This document shows, piece by piece, positions 58,458-64,000 of a stretch of 64,000 bases of DNA. Source of the stretch: Thermoproteota archaeon (lineage in GTDB: Archaea; Korarchaeota; Korarchaeia; Korarchaeales; Korarchaeaceae); assembly GCA_026986575.1 (NCBI GenBank), contig JALSOH010000004.1, forward strand, positions 480,001 to 544,000. Direction: 5' to 3'. The position numbers and the translations under genes are program-made. Position 1 is the first letter of the stretch, and each line of letters starts with the position of its first letter. The notes under the pieces were generated by a model. The model was not told the DNA's origin. It did not search any database and saw only the letters and a list, made by a program, of their open reading frames with translations.

Positions 58458-59107
58458 CTGAGACCCATTATCCTAGTGGCGAAGTCCTCGTAGCTCTCCT
58501 CGAGATCGCCGTCGGGAGGTATGTCTCCCCTGTTTCTGAGGACCTCCCTTGTCAGAAGCCAGTAGACTAGGGCTAATGCCCTCCTTCCCTTATTGTTGGC
58601 GGGTATCGCCAAGTCTATGTTCTCCAGCGTGTTGTCAGCATCCACTAAGGCCACCACGGGTATGCCCAGCTTGACGGATTCGACATGAATCTGTCTGTCC
58701 ACCCTGGGATCGGACAGGAGCACGACATCGGGCTCCAAGTGGAGGGGCGCTTGGGGGTTGGTTAGGGTACCTGGAAGTATCCTCCCGGTTATGTAAGTGG
58801 CACCGGTGTATTCAGCGAACTTTCTCACGGGCTTGAATCCATAGATCCTAGCTGAAACGGCAAGTATTTTTTCTGGCTCGAACCTAGCCAAGAACTTCCC
58901 TGCAACCCTGATCCTCTCGTCCAGCTTTTTTATATCTATCATGCACAGACCGTCTGGTCTCACCTTGTAGATGAACTTCTCCATGTCCTTCGTCCGTATC
59001 CTAGTGCCCACGTGGACACCTGCTGACAGGTACTTCTGCTTCGGTATCAGCAGATCCTTATCCTCCACTGGAGGTACATTAGAGAGACTCATATCGTCAT
59101 ATCCCAT
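58454..59107 (-). CDS. rps2: 30S ribosomal protein S2
   Basis: [16 protein letters not shown] and IPANNKG motifs. Confidence 0.96.
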   Translation of the reverse strand: MGYDDMSLSNVPPVEDKDLLIPKQKYLSAGVHVGTRIRTKDMEKFIYKVRPDGLCMIDIKKLDERIRVAGKFLARFEPEKILAVSARIYGFKPVRKFAEYTGATYITGRILPGTLTNPQAPLHLEPDVVLLSDPRVDRQIHVESVKLGIPVVALVDADNTLENIDLAIPANNKGRRALALVYWLLTREVLRNRGDIPPDGDLEESYEDFATRIMGLR

Positions 59108-59111
59108 TTAA

Positions 59112-59315
59112 TCACCTCTCCATAACTGGAGTGAAGGACAGCTCCAGCTCGGCAAGATCTATGTGGCTTATGAACATCCTCCGGCAGCAGTATCGGGTCA
59201 CACCTAGGGAGTCCAGCACCTTACTTGGATCCTCCCCGGACATGACCCTCCGAGAGAACTCTTCCCACTTATCCCCTATCACGCTGCCGCAGGTGAAGCA
59301 CCTCACCGGGAACAT
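59112..59315 (-). CDS. rpoN: DNA-directed RNA polymerase subunit N (Rpo10)
   Basis: PVRCFTCG and RYCCRRM motifs. Confidence 0.96.
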   Translation of the reverse strand: MFPVRCFTCGSVIGDKWEEFSRRVMSGEDPSKVLDSLGVTRYCCRRMFISHIDLAELELSFTPVMER

Positions 59316-59410
59316 ATCCTGACCTCGGCTGGGTATGACCTACCGAGGTTATTAAATTATGCCGTTGGGAGAGCTCCTGAAGGGAATGTTTCTAGGGAGG
59401 TTGATGGGAA

Positions 59411-60397
59411 ATGGCGTTCGAGCTCTGGATAGAGAAGTACAGGCCGAGGACCTTGGATGACATAGTGGACCAGGAGGATGTCATCCGGGCCCTTAAAGGT
59501 TTTGTGGAGAAGAGGTCCATGCCACACCTTCTCTTCGCAGGTCCTGCCGGGACTGGAAAAACCACTACTGCCTTAGCCCTAGCTCACGACATCTACGGTT
59601 CAGAAGAGCTCCTGAGGGCCAACTACATGGAGCTCAACGCCAGCGATGAGAGGGGCATCGACACCATAAGGACGAAGATAAAGGATTTCGCCAAGACGGC
59701 GCCCTTTGGTGACGTCCCATTCAAAATAATACACCTCGATGAGGCAGACAGCCTCACGGCTGACGCTCAGCACGCCCTCAGGAGGATAATGGAGATGTAC
59801 TCCGCCACCACGAGATTCATTCTGGCCTGCAACTACTCCTCCAAGATAATAGAGCCGATTCAGTCGAGGTGCGCGGTCTTCAGATTCGGTCCTATACCAG
59901 AGGAGGCCGTCAGGGAGAGGCTCGTAATGATAGCTGAGAAGGAGGGTGTGAAGTACACGGAGGAGGGCATATCAGCCATAGTATACGTGGCTGAGGGGGA
60001 TCTTAGGAGGGCCATCAACCTGCTGCAGACCGCCTCTGCCATGGCGGACGAAGTTGATGCCAAGGTCGTGTACAGGGTAGCGGGACTCGCCCACCCCGAG
60101 GAGGTGAGAGGGATGATAAACGCCGCACTGAAGGGGAGATTCGTCGCCGCTAGGGACATGCTCAGAAACCTCATGATAAACTACGGGATGTCCGCTCAGG
60201 ACGTTATCAAGCAGCTAAACAGGGAGATCATAGCCAGCAAGTCCATTCCAGATAAGATGAAGGCTCAGCTTATGGTATTCCTCAGTGAAGTCGACTTTAG
60301 GGTGACCGAAGGCGCCCACGGGGATGTCCAGCTTGCGGCCATGTTAGCCAAACTTGTTGAGCTAGGTGAGTCCAATGGCGGACCTTCCTTGGACTGA
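59411..60397 (+). CDS. rfcS: Replication factor C small subunit
   Basis: WIEKYRP, GPAGTGKT, ELNASDERG, DEAD and IQSRC motifs; no intein. Confidence 0.96.
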   Translation: MAFELWIEKYRPRTLDDIVDQEDVIRALKGFVEKRSMPHLLFAGPAGTGKTTTALALAHDIYGSEELLRANYMELNASDERGIDTIRTKIKDFAKTAPFGDVPFKIIHLDEADSLTADAQHALRRIMEMYSATTRFILACNYSSKIIEPIQSRCAVFRFGPIPEEAVRERLVMIAEKEGVKYTEEGISAIVYVAEGDLRRAINLLQTASAMADEVDAKVVYRVAGLAHPEEVRGMINAALKGRFVAARDMLRNLMINYGMSAQDVIKQLNREIIASKSIPDKMKAQLMVFLSEVDFRVTEGAHGDVQLAAMLAKLVELGESNGGPSLD

Positions 60398-61619
60398 GAA
60401 GTACCGTCCTAAAAGCTTGGATGAGATAAAAGGGCAGAATAAGGCCGTTAGTGAGATAAGAGAGTGGATGAGGAGCGTCAGGGCTGGCAAGGTGAGCAAG
60501 GCCCTGCTATTGGTAGGTCCACCCGGATCAGGTAAGACCTCGGCAGCTTACGCGATAGCGTACGAGCTGGGATACGATCCAGTGGAGGTCAATGCTAGCG
60601 ATCTCAGGGACAGGACCCATCTCAAGTACGTGGTAGAGAGCGCCAAGGCCGTCAGTCTGCTTACCCTTAGCAGGAGACTGATAATCTTGGATGAGGTAGA
60701 CGCTCTTCCCAGCGAGGGAGGAGCTTTGGTGTCCTTGGTGAAGGAATTGATAACGAAAGAAGGGGTTCCCGTTGTGATGACGGCAAACGATCCCTATGAG
60801 AGACACCTGTACGAGATAAGATCGCTGTCAAAGGTAGTTAGATTTTACAGGCTCAGGTGGACCACTGTCCTCTCCGTACTTAAGGAGATATGCAGGAAAG
60901 AGGGCGTTAAGGTACCCGATAACATCCTGAGACAGATAGCTGTCAATTCACATGGAGATCTCAGAGCAGCCATTAACGACCTCGAAAGCCTCGTTAAGGG
61001 TAGTCACAAATTATCTGAGGTTATAGGAAAGAAGTTCGGCAAGAGAGATGTCGAGGCTGATGTATTCAAGGTACTCACAGCCGTGTTTTATGGAGAGAAC
61101 TGTTATTCCGCCTATCTTACGTCTCTCAATACAGACGTGGATCCTGATATGCTCTTCAGATGGGTAGAGGAAAACTTACCCTACGTTTACAAGGGAAGAG
61201 CCCTCTCTAGGGCCTATGACTATCTATCCTACGCCGATATCGTGAGGAGCCGCATAATAAGGACGAATAACTGGAAGCTTTTAGTTTACTACACTCAATT
61301 AACTACCTATGCGGTATGCACGGCCAAGGAGGCCAAGCCTCAAGGAGTGAAGATGAAGTTCCCTGAGATAATCAGAAAGCTCGCTACGACAAAGGAACTC
61401 AGGGTTAAGACGAGAGAATTCTTGTCTAGGCTTGCCAAGGAACTTCACATACCGACGAAGACTGTGAGGATGGAGATAGTCCCCATACTCATCGCTGATA
61501 GCAAGAGGGAGGGCAAGATCATAAAGAGACTGGAGAGGGATCTGGGGCTGAGGGAAGAAGACATAAGGGAAATACTGGAGGACCTAGAGGAGCACTACAA
61601 GTTAGAGATTAGAGGCTAG
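60375..61619 (+). CDS. rfcL: Replication factor C large subunit
   Basis: PWTEKYRP, GPPGSGKT, EVNASD and GDLRAAINDL motifs; follows rfcS. Confidence 0.92.
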   Translation: MADLPWTEKYRPKSLDEIKGQNKAVSEIREWMRSVRAGKVSKALLLVGPPGSGKTSAAYAIAYELGYDPVEVNASDLRDRTHLKYVVESAKAVSLLTLSRRLIILDEVDALPSEGGALVSLVKELITKEGVPVVMTANDPYERHLYEIRSLSKVVRFYRLRWTTVLSVLKEICRKEGVKVPDNILRQIAVNSHGDLRAAINDLESLVKGSHKLSEVIGKKFGKRDVEADVFKVLTAVFYGENCYSAYLTSLNTDVDPDMLFRWVEENLPYVYKGRALSRAYDYLSYADIVRSRIIRTNNWKLLVYYTQLTTYAVCTAKEAKPQGVKMKFPEIIRKLATTKELRVKTREFLSRLAKELHIPTKTVRMEIVPILIADSKREGKIIKRLERDLGLREEDIREILEDLEEHYKLEIRG

Positions 61620-62750
61620 AGGGCTCAATTCCTCTCTCAATATCTCCTTTAGCTTCTCTTGTAGCTTGTCCGCTGGTATTGAGCCGAGAGATATCAGGGT
61701 GGTCTGTCCCTTCATACCCTCGCCCGACTTCTTTGCCTCCAAGAACCCCATGTTCTTGAGGTTCCTTACCCTCTTCCAGATGGCCGTGTACTTGTAGGGG
61801 AGAACTCCTACCTCTTCACAAAGGAGCCTATACTCCTCCAATAGATCACCCATCTTTATCCAAGACCTCCCAGATGAAGCTAGCCTCTTAGACACCGCTA
61901 GGAGCAGTATCTTGTCATGAAGATCCAAGGGAGTCAGCGAGTCCTCCGTTATCCCAATGACCCCGATCCTCGAGGCCGCCTCACTGACCATGTCCGGAGT
62001 TATCTTAGACAGATCAGCCTCTTCTGAGAGCCTAGCCGCTAAATACAGTATCTTCAGGGCCACTCTAGCATTACCCATGTGTTCCGATAGTTCTACAACC
62101 TTTCCCACGATCTCATCGTCAAAACTTCCCTCTTCCAAGGCTTCCTCAGCCCTGTACCTCACTATAGCCTCCAGCTGCTCCGAGGTGTACTTCTCTAAGG
62201 GGAGCCTAGTCACCATGAAGGACCTTATCGAGTCATCCATCATATACGGCGGATCCCACCTAGCGATCACCACGAGGGTCGGTGATTTGGGCGCATCTCC
62301 CTCATGAAGCCTCAGGAGGGTGTAAACTAGGGTATCTCCATCCCTGAGGTAGTCTACCTCGTCCAGAACTATTAGTAGATCCCTGTCCTCTCCAGATAGC
62401 ACCTTCTCAAGTATCAACACGACCTCCTCGTACGAGAGCCCCCTATCTGGTACTCCGGGGAGGAGGGAAGAGACCACCCTTTGGACGACGGAAGTCGGCG
62501 TCCTGTAGGTCCTGCAGTTGATGTGAACTACATCTAGGGAATTCAGCTTCTCCTTCAATCTTGCAGATGATAACTTGGCTACCGATGTCTTACCCACCCC
62601 CGGCTCTCCTCGGATGAGTATGAGTCCCTCGGTCAGGCCATATCCGCTGGCCAGTGTATTAACTAAGATGTCAACCTCTTTCTCCCTATGTGGCAGCTTG
62701 GGTGGAGTATAAGACTCCGAAAACTTGTGGGGATCCTTTATTATCGGTAT
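61602..62750 (-). CDS. cdc6: Orc1/Cdc6 replication initiation protein
   Basis: Frame is open upstream of the ORF-track start: IIKDPHKF.ESYTP.KLPHREKE, then Walker A GEPGVGKT, INC, LDEVD, GNAR and a C-terminal wHTH; start inferred at ATA 62750. Confidence 0.88.
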   Translation of the reverse strand: MPIIKDPHKFSESYTPPKLPHREKEVDILVNTLASGYGLTEGLILIRGEPGVGKTSVAKLSSARLKEKLNSLDVVHINCRTYRTPTSVVQRVVSSLLPGVPDRGLSYEEVVLILEKVLSGEDRDLLIVLDEVDYLRDGDTLVYTLLRLHEGDAPKSPTLVVIARWDPPYMMDDSIRSFMVTRLPLEKYTSEQLEAIVRYRAEEALEEGSFDDEIVGKVVELSEHMGNARVALKILYLAARLSEEADLSKITPDMVSEAASRIGVIGITEDSLTPLDLHDKILLLAVSKRLASSGRSWIKMGDLLEEYRLLCEEVGVLPYKYTAIWKRVRNLKNMGFLEAKKSGEGMKGQTTLISLGSIPADKLQEKLKEILREELSPLASNL

Positions 62751-62830
62751 TTCACATCACCGAGTGTTACGTCGCGATGGGAAATAATTTCATTGCGGTC
62801 CCCCATAGAGAGGGGGGTTAGGTGAAAGTA

Positions 62831-63850
62831 TTACTTCCTCCTCAGGGACCTCCTATAGAGGAGATAGCCAGCTATCTCGAGCATCACGATCCCTAGGGAC
62901 ACGCCTGCCACAATTACATCGGGACTCACGGGGTAGATAGGTATCTCGTTGGCCAGCTTGAGGGCATAGGTCAGGTTGGAGCCCACCCTCCTAGGGGCTA
63001 ATGTGGAGAACTTGTAATAGAGGTCGAAGAGCTCCTTGGCCTTCTTGGCAGCTTCCTCGTTTAACGAGAGAGTGGGGGATCTTCTGATATCTGCTATCTT
63101 ACGCCTTATTTGCTCCAACGTTCGAACCTCCTCCTGAGTGTGGTTGACTATCCCTAAGAAGAACCACCCGCTGTATCCAGACGATTCTCTAGTGTCCACG
63201 GTAGGACTCTTCAACACCCATGAGACTATGACTCTGAGCTCCTTGGACACATTAGCTAGGTAGATAGCGTTTGGAGAAGGTCTGGAAATACTTACCACAT
63301 AATTCTTCGGCAAGATGACCGTTAAGTTGAGAAGATCTAAATCTTTCACGAACAACTTCGTTATGTTGCTGTAATCCTCTCTAGTCGTGTATATTATACC
63401 TTTTCTCCCCTCTGACTCTTTAGGGGCTCCTCTCTTGGCTTCTAGATCTATCGTGAGCAGTAGATCTATTCTCTTAGACTTATTGTGGTATATGCTTTTA
63501 TGGATCTCCGCTTTCATGTCGGTAGGATAGAATTCTATGTCACCTCCTATGTAGGGGCCCTTCACCGTCTCCTTCACGGACTTCAGGAAGCTCCCTGTGT
63601 AGTTCTGTTCGCCAGTCTTATTAAGCAACCTCTCAAAGTCGTTAGCCCAGAGCCCGTACCAAGTGTAATTGACCACTACCCTAGCTGTAAACTCATCCTT
63701 GAAGAAGAAGGTGGCTTGAGTGCTCACATAATGGGGTTTCTCTGAGAGGATCTCTGCTCTCGATATCTGAGCCATAGAAACGAAAGTCATAAGTGTTAGA
63801 ACTGCAACGAGCGCGCCTTTGCCTATTTTTGTGCCATTCATCGAACACAC
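62831..63850 (-). CDS. Secreted, C-terminally membrane-anchored hypothetical protein
   Basis: Signal peptide, many N-x-S/T sequons, C-terminal TM followed by RRSLRRK. Confidence 0.7.
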   Translation of the reverse strand: MCSMNGTKIGKGALVAVLTLMTFVSMAQISRAEILSEKPHYVSTQATFFFKDEFTARVVVNYTWYGLWANDFERLLNKTGEQNYTGSFLKSVKETVKGPYIGGDIEFYPTDMKAEIHKSIYHNKSKRIDLLLTIDLEAKRGAPKESEGRKGIIYTTREDYSNITKLFVKDLDLLNLTVILPKNYVVSISRPSPNAIYLANVSKELRVIVSWVLKSPTVDTRESSGYSGWFFLGIVNHTQEEVRTLEQIRRKIADIRRSPTLSLNEEAAKKAKELFDLYYKFSTLAPRRVGSNLTYALKLANEIPIYPVSPDVIVAGVSLGIVMLEIAGYLLYRRSLRRK

Positions 63851-64000
63851 CTTAGTCTGGAGATATGCAACACTTTTTCATTGGGCGAGATTATATAAAC
63901 GTAGTTGGGGCTTAGACGTAGCCTAGAAAAGTGAGGGTCCTATGAATGCCGGATGAAAGCGATGTCAGGGTAGTAGAAGCTGGTTACATGCGCTGGATGC

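Noticed and set aside
62751-62830. Possible replication origin next to cdc6
   Set aside because: The gap is only about 80 nt, with no recognisable ORB repeats or long AT-rich unwinding element
63946-64000. Possible start of a plus-strand gene (MPDESDVRVVEAGY...)
   Set aside because: Too short at the window edge to support a call
1-64000. CRISPR arrays, rRNA, tRNA, transposases, integrases and inteins
   Set aside because: None recognised by eye; small intron-containing tRNAs or sRNAs could be missed without tRNAscan or Infernal

Overview
A gene-dense archaeal chromosome segment. It encodes aglB, TFS, aIF2-gamma, aIF5B, S6e, L24e, S28e, L7Ae, RpoN, RFC and Cdc6, and uses GGTGA-type ribosome-binding sites and frequent TTG/GTG starts. 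The gene content suggests a thermophilic TACK-lineage archaeon, plausibly Korarchaeia; this is inference. Most of the window is housekeeping or metabolic: Moco biosynthesis, FixABCX/acyl-CoA dehydrogenase/thiolase, two ABC transporters, and translation and replication clusters. The strongest candidate for an undescribed system is at 46009-50606. There, a membrane protein ending in a 9-Cys tail (SCACVSCACACACVSCACACAGGGVG) is translationally coupled to a radical SAM/SPASM enzyme with an N-terminal PqqD/RRE-like domain, followed by a sirtuin and a GNAT. Other notable items: (1) a DUF3800 gene followed by a GC-rich structured RNA candidate; (2) an AT-rich island bracketed by a diverged vapC direct repeat, with vapBC inserted into a split MBL-fold pseudogene; (3) probable non-canonical ATA and ATT start codons for cdc6 and vapC; (4) a threonine-synthase homolog lacking its PLP lysine and fused to a wHTH. 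I recognised no rRNA, tRNA, CRISPR array or transposase. All family calls come from motif recognition by eye, not from database searches.
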